DNA of 64,000 nt from an uncultured virus (IMG/VR IMGVR_UViG_2925597055_000005) (Duplodnaviria; Heunggongvirae; Uroviricota; Caudoviricetes): positions 1-64,000 of the IMG/VR virus record IMGVR_UViG_2925597055_000005; one strand, 5' to 3'. This document shows, piece after piece, positions 36,853-46,509 of this stretch. The position numbers and the translations under genes are program-made. Under the pieces are notes generated by a model. That model ran no database searches. It had not been told where the DNA came from and saw nothing but the letters and a program-made list of their open reading frames with translations. How positions within the stretch are numbered: the first letter of the stretch is position 1; each line of letters opens with the position of its first letter.

Positions 36853-37868
36853 GGGCGCACACCAACATTATTAAATTCGAGGTCAATCGAACTGCCTATT
36901 CGAGAATCCGCCTCAATCTCCAAGCGTGAAATATTTTCGATCTTTTTTCCTCGCCGATAAACGTCGAACTCTCCTCGCCCTTCATGAATAACGAGTACAA
37001 ACGGCGCGCTTTCGATAGTACTTTCGCTCTCAACCGGATTCTTCAACCGCGCTAACTCTTCGCCAAGCGTCCGTTTGTCTTTAAACAGCGTGTCGATTTC
37101 GTCTCTATGGCGCGCTTGTTCGCGTTTAAGCGATTGAATATTATCGAGAACTTGACGTCTTTGTAGAACGTCTAACATACGTTGTTGATCGCTCACCTTA
37201 CGCTTCATTTCCGCAACCTCTTGCGCTAAACTGGCGATAACGTCGATTGGGTCGGCTGGCTTCGGTTCGTCTTCGGCGGCTTCGACCGGGACGAGGACGA
37301 GATAATATCCGTGAGAGAATCCGATCCACACTCCTTCTTCGTCTTCATACGGATCGACTTCTACTCCTTCGTCATCAGTCTTACGAACCTCTCTCGCGAT
37401 TCCATTCGATTCACCTTCGTACAAGTGAATAACCTTCTCGCCCACTTCCGCCTCACGTTCGACCATTTCGTAACGCTGACCGTCAATGTGAACGATGTCG
37501 GTCGGTTCGATTAGCACTATTTCATCTTCTGAGCGATGACTCATATCAACTAAATCTTCTCCGTTAATACTACGGTCAAGCTGTACGGTGACATAAGAGA
37601 AGTCGCCTCCGTAGTCGTCATCGGCAATTGTAGCGATTTGGTGGGTATCTTTGCCGTCCATTTTCATTACAAGTACGGTATCCCCCATTTCTAGCTTCCG
37701 ATCGACCTCAACGTATTCGCGCTTGATGCCGCCAAGCGTTTCGTCAGACAGTACGTGGATTTTAGCGTTTGCGTTTACGATCTCCTTCGCCATATTATCG
37801 ATATTCCTCCTCAATATTCGATCATATTCTGATTTAGCTCTTTCCGCCTCAGCGCTGAACCAACCCAT
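36849..37868 (-). CDS. Hypothetical protein (repeated beta modules plus coiled coil)
   Basis: ATG at 37868 after GAGGTG. Confidence 0.6.
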   Translation of the reverse strand: MGWFSAEAERAKSEYDRILRRNIDNMAKEIVNANAKIHVLSDETLGGIKREYVEVDRKLEMGDTVLVMKMDGKDTHQIATIADDDYGGDFSYVTVQLDRSINGEDLVDMSHRSEDEIVLIEPTDIVHIDGQRYEMVEREAEVGEKVIHLYEGESNGIAREVRKTDDEGVEVDPYEDEEGVWIGFSHGYYLVLVPVEAAEDEPKPADPIDVIASLAQEVAEMKRKVSDQQRMLDVLQRRQVLDNIQSLKREQARHRDEIDTLFKDKRTLGEELARLKNPVESESTIESAPFVLVIHEGRGEFDVYRRGKKIENISRLEIEADSRIGSSIDLEFNNVGVRP

Positions 37869-37872
37869 CCGA

Positions 37873-38049
37873 TCACCTCTTCCGCACATATTTCGCAAAG
37901 ACTTGGCGTGATGATTTCGTCGAGAAGTTGGGCAACGTAAGTCCAGCTCTCGCAAGGTCGTCAAGTTCTCGTTTTTCTCGCTTGGTCGGGTATTCGTCTA
38001 AGAAGCGTTCTGTAAGCGCGATTAAATCCTTTCGTGTTATATCCGCCAA
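37873..38049 (-). CDS. 58-aa hypothetical protein
   Basis: RBS AAAGGGAGG, TTG; MADITRKDLIALTERFLDEY... Confidence 0.55.
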   Translation of the reverse strand: MADITRKDLIALTERFLDEYPTKREKRELDDLARAGLTLPNFSTKSSRQVFAKYVRKR

Positions 38050-38067
38050 TACACGGACCCCCTCCCT

Positions 38068-38658
38068 TTAATTTATTACGCGAACCTGCACCGACTGCCG
38101 TCCGAACTGAACCGCGTCGTCTTCATTCGCAACTAATACGTCAATCTTAGCGCCCTTGATCGCGCCGCCCGTATCGCTCGCCACCGCCTGAAACGTCGTT
38201 CCGTCTGCCTGCCGCACCTCAACCGTCGAGCCTAACGAAATCACTGACGGATCGACCGCTATAATGCGTTTTCCGGCGTGGTATATCGTGTAGCTGACGT
38301 CGAGGCCGGTCGCGGTCACGCCGCTGCAACCTTCGGGGCAATCCGCCGTATAAGCCGAAGCCTCGAACGTTTGCCAGCCGGAAGGCTCTGCGTGCTTATG
38401 CGGCGATTTTACGTGCTTTTCGTTAGACTGCGCCTTGACTTCGTCTTTTACGGAAGCAAGTTCGGATTCGAGCGCTTTTATCTTCGCATCCTTGGCCGAC
38501 AGCTCAGCGTCCTTGCCTTCGATAATGGCTTCCGCCTCTTGGAGCGCGTATTCTTCCTTGGTGATGAGCGGTGGATCAGGCGGCGGAGGTTCCGGTGGCT
38601 TGGCGGTCGGGTTCGTAAGTAATTGCGTTGACATCGCTAGATTCGTTAGTATACCGAT
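38068..38658 (-). CDS. 3D-domain cell-wall protein (probable ATC start)
   Basis: FEASAYT, GVTATG, IAVDPSVISLGS, DTGGAIKGAKIDV; RBS GGAGGTG then ATC at 38658. Confidence 0.8.
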   Translation of the reverse strand: MGILTNLAMSTQLLTNPTAKPPEPPPPDPPLITKEEYALQEAEAIIEGKDAELSAKDAKIKALESELASVKDEVKAQSNEKHVKSPHKHAEPSGWQTFEASAYTADCPEGCSGVTATGLDVSYTIYHAGKRIIAVDPSVISLGSTVEVRQADGTTFQAVASDTGGAIKGAKIDVLVANEDDAVQFGRQSVQVRVIN

Positions 38659-38660
38659 GC

Positions 38661-39395
38661 TTACACCTCCTCGAAAAACTGGTCCGTCCATGGCTCTACG
38701 TCGACCACTTCGCGTCTTAACGCTTCGGCTAATTCGGTGATTTCCGCCTGTGCGCCGCGTCCCTTTTTACGTTTGGAATAGAACGATAGTAACGCGGTCA
38801 GATTCGCAGTCATTACGAGATTCGTTGCGGCTGCGTTCGGCAGGACGGCGCGGGCATCTTCTGCGGGCACCCCTTGCGATCTTAACGCATCGTAATCCTC
38901 CTGATGCGATCTCATTGCCGCTCGGAAAAGCGCTTCTTTAACGGTCGATCCTTTGACACTGTCCGGAACCACGTAATCGAACCCGCCCGATCTGTCATCG
39001 CTTCCCATCCGTACGTAACGCTGTGACTGGACGCTGAAGCTAAATCCGACGCGATGCCGTGTAAGCTGCGCTAATAACGCCCGGCTGACGCCTTCGATCG
39101 CAAAGGTGAACGAGATATGCTCTAACGTCGACGAATGGCCCGAACGGACGATATGTCGGAATAACCGGTCGGCGTCCGTGCCTGCACCGCCATCTGACGC
39201 TTTGGAGCCGAAATACTTGGCGCCTTCCTTTGCGACGATTTCGGTCGGCTTATTGGCGCTATAGCACGTTCTGATTGCGGTTAGGGCGACCGCTTGGCCG
39301 TCCGTTTCATCACCGCACGGAACAAACGTATCTAAGAAGCTACGAGAGACTTGCGTATGTGCGATTAGCTGTACGTTCATTTTGGTTTCCGCCAT
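38661..39395 (-). CDS. thyX: FAD-dependent thymidylate synthase
   Basis: GHSSTLEH, QLTRHR...SVQSQRY, EDARAVLP, AQAEI. Confidence 0.95.
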   Translation of the reverse strand: MAETKMNVQLIAHTQVSRSFLDTFVPCGDETDGQAVALTAIRTCYSANKPTEIVAKEGAKYFGSKASDGGAGTDADRLFRHIVRSGHSSTLEHISFTFAIEGVSRALLAQLTRHRVGFSFSVQSQRYVRMGSDDRSGGFDYVVPDSVKGSTVKEALFRAAMRSHQEDYDALRSQGVPAEDARAVLPNAAATNLVMTANLTALLSFYSKRKKGRGAQAEITELAEALRREVVDVEPWTDQFFEEV

Positions 39396-39616
39396 TTATT
39401 CGTCCTCCAATCGTTTTAATGCTTCGCCGTTATCGCGAATAGTTTCGTTAATCAATAAACGGCGAGCTTTCTCTTGCGTAGTTATCCGGAATGTACAGTC
39501 GTCTCTTCCATACATCTCGCAATAAACAACGTAATCGCGAAATAGCTCGTTCATATATTCGAGGTCACCCCATCCGTACAGCTTGCCGTTCAGAAAGCAC
39601 CATATATTTGCGTCAT
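39396..39616 (-). pseudogene. Small gene with an apparent 1-nt deletion near its 5' end
   Basis: ATG ACG CAA ATA TAT then early stop; the adjacent frame WCFLNGKLYG...LEDE* fills the gap; 221 nt. Confidence 0.5.
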
Positions 39617-40159
39617 CTAAGCGTCTTCCTTCGGCAAATCAAATGTTAGTCCGCTGGATTTTAAATGCGTTTCTTCCTCCTTCGCAACAACCCCGCTACT
39701 ACCGAAACCTCCCGCACCTCGATCGCTATCGCCGAGCGTATCAACTTCCGTAAACACCGCCTGCTCGACCGGCTTGATTACCGCTTGTGCGATACGCGTT
39801 CCTTTCGTGATTTTGTATGCGCCCCATTCGAAATTACATCCGTAAATTGAGTAGTAATCGATATCCATTCCGTCTGGCGCAATATTATCGACAATCACGC
39901 CAACCTCGCCCGTATATCCGCAATCTACAGTTCCGAGCTGCACACGCAATTTAGTTTTCAACGTAATGCCCGAGCGCGGTCGGATCTGCATTTCAAAGCC
40001 TTCCGGAATCTCAAACGCCAAGCCCGTCGGCACACACGCAGTTTCGCCCGGTTCGATAATTACGTCCTCTGCCGCGACCAGATCAAAGCCGGCGTCCGTT
40101 TCGTGCGCATAAGCTGGAATCTGTGCGTCCGGTGATAACCGTTTAATATTTACGTTCAT
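39617..40159 (-). CDS. dut: dUTPase
   Basis: DAGFDL, QIRPRSG, GTVDCGYTGE, RIAQ, RGAGGFGSSG. Confidence 0.95.
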   Translation of the reverse strand: MNVNIKRLSPDAQIPAYAHETDAGFDLVAAEDVIIEPGETACVPTGLAFEIPEGFEMQIRPRSGITLKTKLRVQLGTVDCGYTGEVGVIVDNIAPDGMDIDYYSIYGCNFEWGAYKITKGTRIAQAVIKPVEQAVFTEVDTLGDSDRGAGGFGSSGVVAKEEETHLKSSGLTFDLPKEDA

Positions 40160-40302
40160 TTCGTTTCCTCCTTCGTTAATATCGCGATCAAGGCGAACAC
40201 AGCAACCGTAGCGAACCACCGGAAGCCTATCGTATGGATGTACGGAAGAACGAAAAGGAATCCGGCGATGATCGTTGCCATAGCGCTGATAAATCGTTTC
40301 AT
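40156..40302 (-). CDS. 48-aa membrane protein
   Basis: RBS GAGGAGG; MKRFISAMATIIAGFLFVLPY... Confidence 0.55.
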   Translation of the reverse strand: MKRFISAMATIIAGFLFVLPYIHTIGFRWFATVAVFALIAILTKEETK

Positions 40303-40353
40303 AGGCGATGACCTCCTCGGCATGCATACTTTTGCGACATCCTACGTGAAATA

Positions 40354-40380
40354 ATATGCGCCTAGTAGAAAAACCGCGCA
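40354..40380 (-). promoter_or_regulatory. Candidate phage-sigma middle promoter
   Basis: TGCGCGGTT-N7-TAGGCGCATAT; second copy at 55135-55161. Confidence 0.5.
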
Positions 40381-40381
40381 A

Positions 40382-41365
40382 TTATTCGCCGAAATAAAAA
40401 TCCGAATCCTTTAGCGCCTCGACCGTCGCCTTCTTATAGCCGTTTCCTTTTTGCGAGAAGAAGTCGTGCGATTTCGTCTTCGTATTCAGGCCGTTCATGA
40501 CGATAGGGTTCGGCGTTTCCTCTTCGAAATACGGATCGAAGCCGAGGTTTTGTAGCGCCTTATTCGCGTTGTAACGAAGGAATCGTTTTACATCGTGCGT
40601 TAAGCCGACCGCATCGTATATATCCTCGGTATATGCGACCTCATTATCGTACAGCTCCGTCAGCAGCTCGACGGCAAAGTCGCGCATTTCAAGCTGGACG
40701 CCCGGCTCCTGCTTTCCGTAGATCTCCTGCGCCAATAAGCCGACGTATACGCCGTGGATCGCCTCATCGCGAATAATAAGGTTAATGATTTCGCCACTAC
40801 TCGTTAGCTTGCCTTGGCCCGCGAAATATAACGGATAATAAAAGCCGGAATAAAACAGGAAGCTTTCGAGATAAACCGAAGCCACAAGCGCCTTATACAG
40901 CGAAAGGACATCACCCTCTTTTATGTCGCGATATAGGCCGGTTATCAGCGCCGCCTTCCGCTGCAAATACGGATTGGTCTTAACCCATTCGAAAACTTCG
41001 TTAATAGTTTCGGTAGGCGCTAGCGTCATGAATATATTCGAATAGGACTTCGCATGGACAGCGTTCTCCATCATCGCCATAAAATTCAGGACGGCTTTGC
41101 GTTGGTGGCCGTCAATGTGTTGCGCGATGATAGGCATTCCGGTATTTCCCTGCTCCGTGTCTAATAACGTCAGGCCCGCAAGGACCCGCATGTAGGTCGT
41201 CTGCTCGGCCGGGTCCAACGCCTTCCACGAAAGGAGATCGCCATTAAGCGAAATCTCTTCGGGAAGCCAGAACTGCTTAACGTTCTGCGCGTAGAACATT
41301 TGTGTAAAGTCGTCTTCATGGCGCGACCAATCAGCCGCCGTGTGGATTGCGTTTGTGTTCGTCAA
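40382..41365 (-). CDS. nrdF: Class Ib ribonucleotide reductase beta subunit
   Basis: [43 protein letters not shown]. Confidence 0.95.
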   Translation of the reverse strand: MTNTNAIHTAADWSRHEDDFTQMFYAQNVKQFWLPEEISLNGDLLSWKALDPAEQTTYMRVLAGLTLLDTEQGNTGMPIIAQHIDGHQRKAVLNFMAMMENAVHAKSYSNIFMTLAPTETINEVFEWVKTNPYLQRKAALITGLYRDIKEGDVLSLYKALVASVYLESFLFYSGFYYPLYFAGQGKLTSSGEIINLIIRDEAIHGVYVGLLAQEIYGKQEPGVQLEMRDFAVELLTELYDNEVAYTEDIYDAVGLTHDVKRFLRYNANKALQNLGFDPYFEEETPNPIVMNGLNTKTKSHDFFSQKGNGYKKATVEALKDSDFYFGE

Positions 41366-41613
41366 TTATTCGTCCTCCTTTCCCAGTCCCGTTTGCCTTT
41401 ATGCTTAACTACACCCAACACTTCCGATGTCTTGATCTCGTCCCGGTATCCTAATAAGCAATTCAGTATCGGGGAGTCTTTATGGCGAACTTCGAGGTAC
41501 CCACCTTCATACGCTTGAATAACTTTCGCACTAATTAATGTACCCCCGAAGTAGTAGATAATTATGTCTCCGCGTCGTATACTCTTCTGTCTCTCCTCAC
41601 TTAAACCGCGCAT
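41362..41613 (-). CDS. Hypothetical protein between nrdE and nrdF
   Basis: RBS GGAGGGG, ATG at 41613; AT-richer than flanks. Confidence 0.5.
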   Translation of the reverse strand: MRGLSEERQKSIRRGDIIIYYFGGTLISAKVIQAYEGGYLEVRHKDSPILNCLLGYRDEIKTSEVLGVVKHKGKRDWERRTNN

Positions 41614-43700
41614 GACAAACACCCCTCCTGTGTCGTATCTTTAGTCCGTGCATAATATAACGTTTTGATCCCTTTGTGATGAGCGTATAAGTCAATCCGG
41701 TTGAGATCGCGCGTCGTCATCGTATCCTTCAAGAACAGCGTGAACGAAATGCCTTGGTCGACGTGCTGTTGAATCGTTGCGATCATATCGACGACTTTAA
41801 ACATATCCATGTCATACGCTTCCTTGTAGAAAAACCAATTCTGCGGCGATAACCCCGGCATAGGATAATAAGTCTTCGAATTACCATACGTACGCTCCTC
41901 GATGCGCTCCATGATCGGCATGACCGACGCAGTGGCCGACTGCACATACGAAATTGAGCCCGTCGGTGCAATCGCAAGTCTGTACGAATGGTAAAGACCG
42001 TTCATCATAACGTTAACTCTAAGCGTTCTCCACTCAAGTGCATCCGGAATCGTCACGCCTTCAAATAGACGCGCAACCTTCTCCGTTTTAGGACGGAAAT
42101 CTCCTGCAACGTATTTATCGAAATAACTACCGTCCGCATACGTAGATCCCTCGAAGCCTTCGTACGTGCTTCCGGTTTCTTTCGCTAATTCATTCGAGCG
42201 CACAAGCGACCAATAATTCACCAACGCGAAGAATACGTTAGCGAAGTCGCGTGCTTCCTCCGATTCATACGCGATACCATTCTGCGCTAGATATCCGTGT
42301 AGGTTCATCGCGCCAAGCCCAATCGAACGCATCTCCCGGTTTGCTCTTGCGACTGCCGGCGCGTTCTTGATATTCGAAGTTTCCGAGACTCGCGTGAGAG
42401 CATCGACGGATAGCTTGACGATAGATTCGAAGTCTCTGTTTGCCATAACGTTCGCAACGTTGAGCGATCCGAGGTTACACGAAATGTCGAGGCCGATTTC
42501 GTCCGGTTCGCCATAGTCGGTGTATTCCGATACTTGCGACGCCTGAAGTACCTCCGAGCACAGATTCGAAAACTTTACCTTCGATACGTGGCTGTTCGCG
42601 TGCTCCGCGTTAACGTTACCTTCGAACATGATATACGGATAGCCCGACTCGGATCGCAACACGGCGAGCTTTTCGAGGAGCTTGCGCGCGTCGATTTTAT
42701 CTTTACGGACGGCCGGATTATCGACGAGCTGATCGTACATCTCACCGATATCCATTTCGTCTAAGTGTTGGCCATACGCTTTGTAAACGGTGTGCGGATA
42801 GAAAACGTATGCCTGCCGATTCTCCCGCGCCAGTTCGATGAATTTATCCGGAATGACAACGCCGATGGATAACGTTTTGACTCGGACGTCTTCATCTGCG
42901 CTGATTTTCTTCGTATCAAGGAAGTCGTGGATGTCCGCATGGAATACGTTTAGATACGCCGCGCCCGACCCCTGTCTTTGACCTTGCTGATCCGCATATC
43001 GGAACGCATTATCGAGGAGCTTCATAACTCCGACGACGCCTTTCGTTACATTCTCGATGCCTTTAATCGCTTCACCTTTCGCGCGAATTTTCGATAGGTT
43101 CAACGACACGCCTCCGCCTACTTTCGATAGCTGCATCGAGATCCCGACGGCCCTTTCGATGTCATTCAGCGAGTCTCCCACTTCGAGCAGGAAACACGAA
43201 ACTAATTCGCCCCGACGCTTCCGGCCCGCATTCAAGAACGTCGGCGTTGACGGCTGGTATTCTTGGCGCATCATCAAATCTACGTACTCGATCGCCTTGG
43301 TTGCGTCTCCTTCCGCGAAAAACAACGCACAGCAAGCGACCCGATCTTCATAGCGTTCGAGAATCTTCTTGCCGTCGTTCGTCTTCAGCGCATAGTCGTT
43401 GTAGAATTTGAACGCGCTCATGAACGAAGGGAATCGGAACTTATGCGCATAGGCCTCCTGATAGACCGCCTTGATTTCATCGAACGTATAGGCTTCGAGG
43501 AATTCGGTTTCGTAGTAATCGTTATCGCGTAGGTAGTCGAGCTTTTCGCGAAGGTCGTGGAAAAATACGGTGTTTTGGTTTACGTAGTCGATAAAATAAG
43601 CGCGGACGGCTTCGATATCCTTTTCGAATTGGAACCGGCCGTCCTTCTGTATCATGATTTCGTTATTAAGTTCGATATAACTTGCGTGTTTATTCGTCAT
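41601..43700 (-). CDS. nrdE: Class Ib ribonucleotide reductase alpha subunit
   Basis: ATG at 43700; PSTPTFLNAG, SCFLL, SNLCSE, SCNLGS, IAPTGSIS, KTLYY, C-terminal CLSC. Confidence 0.95.
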   Translation of the reverse strand: MTNKHASYIELNNEIMIQKDGRFQFEKDIEAVRAYFIDYVNQNTVFFHDLREKLDYLRDNDYYETEFLEAYTFDEIKAVYQEAYAHKFRFPSFMSAFKFYNDYALKTNDGKKILERYEDRVACCALFFAEGDATKAIEYVDLMMRQEYQPSTPTFLNAGRKRRGELVSCFLLEVGDSLNDIERAVGISMQLSKVGGGVSLNLSKIRAKGEAIKGIENVTKGVVGVMKLLDNAFRYADQQGQRQGSGAAYLNVFHADIHDFLDTKKISADEDVRVKTLSIGVVIPDKFIELARENRQAYVFYPHTVYKAYGQHLDEMDIGEMYDQLVDNPAVRKDKIDARKLLEKLAVLRSESGYPYIMFEGNVNAEHANSHVSKVKFSNLCSEVLQASQVSEYTDYGEPDEIGLDISCNLGSLNVANVMANRDFESIVKLSVDALTRVSETSNIKNAPAVARANREMRSIGLGAMNLHGYLAQNGIAYESEEARDFANVFFALVNYWSLVRSNELAKETGSTYEGFEGSTYADGSYFDKYVAGDFRPKTEKVARLFEGVTIPDALEWRTLRVNVMMNGLYHSYRLAIAPTGSISYVQSATASVMPIMERIEERTYGNSKTYYPMPGLSPQNWFFYKEAYDMDMFKVVDMIATIQQHVDQGISFTLFLKDTMTTRDLNRIDLYAHHKGIKTLYYARTKDTTQEGCLSCAV

Positions 43701-44221
43701 GTGGCGCCTCCTCTGTATTTTAATACGTTGTTCATTCTTGGCGATAAAAAGCAACAAGTTTCTTTAGAATAGATCTTCCCCTCAACAGATAGGAGATCCT
43801 TATCAAGTTGAATTTCACCACGTTTAAATTTATCGAAGTCCCACCCAGGTAAGTTAGGTACATCTTTCAAAAACTTCTCAAAGGAAAACCACTCTTTACA
43901 TACTGTGACTCCCGCACCTCCATAACGAAGATAGTCCTTTCTTCTAGGGTCGTAACATCTTCGGAGGATTCCTCTCCAAACATGGTAGATCTTTTCGTTC
44001 CCTTTGTAACTTGCTAATCCTAAAAACCCAACACCAGCTACATTTTTGTCGTAAGGATACTTAACCTTCCCATTCTTTATATTATGGGAGTACGCGCTCC
44101 TTCTAATTCCGCAAGGAAACTCTATAACGTAAACTGTTTTATTCCTCTTATCCTGACCAAAGCCTACTATTCTATAGGGCGTTCCATGTCTTGTCTCGAA
44201 ACTGTCTCCGATCTTATACAC
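43697..44221 (-). CDS. Free-standing homing endonuclease-like protein
   Basis: YHVWRGILRRCY, YGGAGVTVCKEW, QLDKD, YSKETCCF; AT-rich; overlaps nrdI and nrdE. Confidence 0.75.
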   Translation of the reverse strand: MYKIGDSFETRHGTPYRIVGFGQDKRNKTVYVIEFPCGIRRSAYSHNIKNGKVKYPYDKNVAGVGFLGLASYKGNEKIYHVWRGILRRCYDPRRKDYLRYGGAGVTVCKEWFSFEKFLKDVPNLPGWDFDKFKRGEIQLDKDLLSVEGKIYSKETCCFLSPRMNNVLKYRGGAT

Positions 44222-44565
44222 GACCTCACCTCCTGTTTAAAAAACTGTACGTCTGAGTCCGTTCCAGCTAATTCGAACTTACACAGAATAGGGACTCCGA
44301 ATTCCTTACTAATCAAATCCGCAGCCTTTGCGTAATTATCCGCCCATATACGATTACCCGACGCAGCCACGCCCGCAAGATAGTCGCTGTTATCCGCAAG
44401 GAAGTCCGAAACCGTGCCGGCAACCTGACCGAAGCCATACGTACCAGTCACGCATACGAACGGCTCGGCGAGCATCAGCCCCGGCTTAATTTCGACAGCG
44501 GCCAGACCGGTCTTAGCGATGAATCGGCGGACGTTGCCTGTCAGCGAATAGTAAGCGATCAGCAT
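44167..44565 (-). CDS. nrdI: Flavodoxin-like RNR assembly protein
   Basis: YYSLTGNVRRF, TYGFG, GVAASGNR, KFELAG. Confidence 0.9.
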   Translation of the reverse strand: MLIAYYSLTGNVRRFIAKTGLAAVEIKPGLMLAEPFVCVTGTYGFGQVAGTVSDFLADNSDYLAGVAASGNRIWADNYAKAADLISKEFGVPILCKFELAGTDSDVQFFKQEVRSCIRSETVSRQDMERPIE

Positions 44566-44753
44566 TCGGAATCCTCTTCGTCTTCAAGCGAGTCAAGTTC
44601 GTCCTCAATATCGGCGATTTGTTCTTCGATATCGTCAATATCGTTCTGAACGTCCTGCAGCTCCTCACGTAAGTCTTCGAGATCACTTTCCCTCGACCGT
44701 AGTTCGACTTCCAACGCTGATAGCGCATTTTCTAGCTCTTCGTGTTTATGCAT
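44559..44753 (-). CDS. Acidic coiled-coil protein
   Basis: Very D/E-rich heptads. Confidence 0.55.
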   Translation of the reverse strand: MHKHEELENALSALEVELRSRESDLEDLREELQDVQNDIDDIEEQIADIEDELDSLEDEEDSEC

Positions 44754-44757
44754 ACGC

Positions 44758-44943
44758 TCACCCCTTCCGTCTCTCAATTTCCGCCTCCACTTCGTCCATC
44801 CGCGCCTGCGTCCGTTCCCGCTCGATTCGTTCTTCGATCAGTTTCCGGTCGTGGAAGCTGATGGCGGTTTCGCTTTCGGTCAGTTTTTCGTTAAGCCAGC
44901 GTCTCATGTTCCGCAAACCTTCGTCGGTCGCTCCGTAAATCAT
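44758..44943 (-). CDS. Hypothetical protein
   Basis: Coupled ORF with RBS. Confidence 0.5.
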   Translation of the reverse strand: MIYGATDEGLRNMRRWLNEKLTESETAISFHDRKLIEERIERERTQARMDEVEAEIERRKG

Positions 44944-45188
44944 TCGGCCGACCTCGCCTTCTCGCGTTTATATGCGCGGTAGGGTTCGACGATCAGCCAT
45001 AAGATAAACCGGACGATTCCGTAAAGCCCGACGAGAAGCAGTCCGAATACGGAGACTACTATAACCAACGTCCTCACCACCGGAAACCCCGCAGACCAAA
45101 TCATTAAGCAAACGGGCACAAGATACGCTATACCTGAACATATCCACGAGATCGTTTCGATTAATCTCCGCTTAAACATTCGCATCAC
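44940..45188 (-). CDS. Membrane protein
   Basis: Two TM segments. Confidence 0.55.
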   Translation of the reverse strand: MMRMFKRRLIETISWICSGIAYLVPVCLMIWSAGFPVVRTLVIVVSVFGLLLVGLYGIVRFILWLIVEPYRAYKREKARSAE

Positions 45189-45694
45189 TCCAAGTCGATT
45201 TTATATTCGGTCGTAATCGTATCTTCCGGGAGATAAAACTCGTATGCCTCGAACCCAGTACTCTTACCGTAAAAGAATCGCGCGAATGCCGATTTAAATT
45301 GCACATCGTAAGTTAAAACATAAGGCTTCGCGTATTTCCCTTCCTTCATCTTCGAATCCTCAACTGCGGCTTTGCTAACCGTTTTAAATCCGTCTTTCTC
45401 CTTTACGAAATATAAATACTGCTTTTCGCCAACGGCTCCGGAACCAAGTACGAAGCTTCCGCTTGTTTTAGCGTTGTCTTTAATCGAGTAGATTTCCGCT
45501 TTATGTGGATCGACTGTTTTCGTTTCGATAAAAAACGATGGTACAGCCGCAATTAAAAACACACCCACACCACAAAGGATTCCTATAAAAATCCCGCCTA
45601 GGACATCGAAAAAGTCAATAAAGTACCACGAATCCTTAATTGCTAGGATTGCGACAACAACGGTAACAAGTAATGACAGGATAATGATTCCCAT
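45185..45694 (-). CDS. Membrane protein
   Basis: Two N-terminal TM segments, SGSFVLGSG motif. Confidence 0.6.
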   Translation of the reverse strand: MGIIILSLLVTVVVAILAIKDSWYFIDFFDVLGGIFIGILCGVGVFLIAAVPSFFIETKTVDPHKAEIYSIKDNAKTSGSFVLGSGAVGEKQYLYFVKEKDGFKTVSKAAVEDSKMKEGKYAKPYVLTYDVQFKSAFARFFYGKSTGFEAYEFYLPEDTITTEYKIDLE

Positions 45695-46060
45695 CTATTC
45701 CGCCTCCTTTACCGTCATTATGTTTTCGTAGCTTGACATAAATGGAATCCGGAAGCCGATCGTTTTGAACTCGTAAGTCTTACCGACTTCAATCTCCGCA
45801 TACAGATCGCTGGAATTAAACTTCCGCGCAAATATTGCGTCGGTATTTTCGAACACTTTTGCGTTACCTTTCTCGTCATCTCCGAAAATCAGATACTTCG
45901 AGGAATCGTCAGACGTTTTCGTTTCTTTATCCGTTACCTTTATTACGTAAGTGTTTTCGTTATGGTAAGACGCAATCGTGTATGCCGGCGCCGCTACCAC
46001 GAAAACAAATACGAACAATGCGATTACTGCGATCGTCCCCCACTTTATTATGCGGTCCAT
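45695..46060 (-). CDS. Membrane-anchored phage protein (DUF1523-like)
   Basis: TM then KVTDKE, VFENTD, KFNSSDL, GFRIPFMS. Confidence 0.6.
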   Translation of the reverse strand: MDRIIKWGTIAVIALFVFVFVVAAPAYTIASYHNENTYVIKVTDKETKTSDDSSKYLIFGDDEKGNAKVFENTDAIFARKFNSSDLYAEIEVGKTYEFKTIGFRIPFMSSYENIMTVKEAE

Positions 46061-46311
46061 TATTTCGCCTCCCTTACGGACTCAACTGCCTTCTGCGCAG
46101 CCAATCCATTGAGTACATGCGTAAATTCCAGCGCATTCTTTTGTTCGCCTGTAAATTCGTTGAACATAAAGAGAAGCGCCATATTTGCGGCAGTAAAGAA
46201 TTCCGTCAAGTCTACGTCCTCTAATTCCGCAATAAAGTGTTCGGATTCTTCGTTAAAGACCTCAGAAATCGCTCCGAAAATACCTTGCGTGTATTGTTCG
46301 TATTTGCCCAT
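46060..46311 (-). CDS. Hypothetical protein
   Basis: Coupled ORF with RBS. Confidence 0.55.
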   Translation of the reverse strand: MGKYEQYTQGIFGAISEVFNEESEHFIAELEDVDLTEFFTAANMALLFMFNEFTGEQKNALEFTHVLNGLAAQKAVESVREAK

Positions 46312-46509
46312 TTATTCCGCCTCCCCGATAGTCGCGTTATCATCGATTCGATAGACGGTTTTAGTGACGTAAAAGATCGAATAGCCCTCGTGTCTAAGTG
46401 AGTTAACAAGGCTCTCCGCATCGATTTCGGAGCCGCAGCGAAGAACTTTAGCATCCGCATAACTAAACCCCTCCGTTTTCCCTGCGATTAAAAAATATTC
46501 TTGATCCAT
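46312..46509 (-). CDS. Hypothetical protein
   Basis: Coupled ORF with RBS. Confidence 0.5.
   Translation of the reverse strand: MDQEYFLIAGKTEGFSYADAKVLRCGSEIDAESLVNSLRHEGYSIFYVTKTVYRIDDNATIGEAE

Noticed and set aside
41604..41612. Third copy of the TGCGCGGTT promoter element
   Set aside because: Encodes the nrdE C-terminus (C-A-V) and lacks the TAGGYGCATAT half.
40382..43700. Introns or inteins in nrdE/nrdF, as in SPbeta
   Set aside because: Both frames are continuous and of normal length, with no intein motifs seen.
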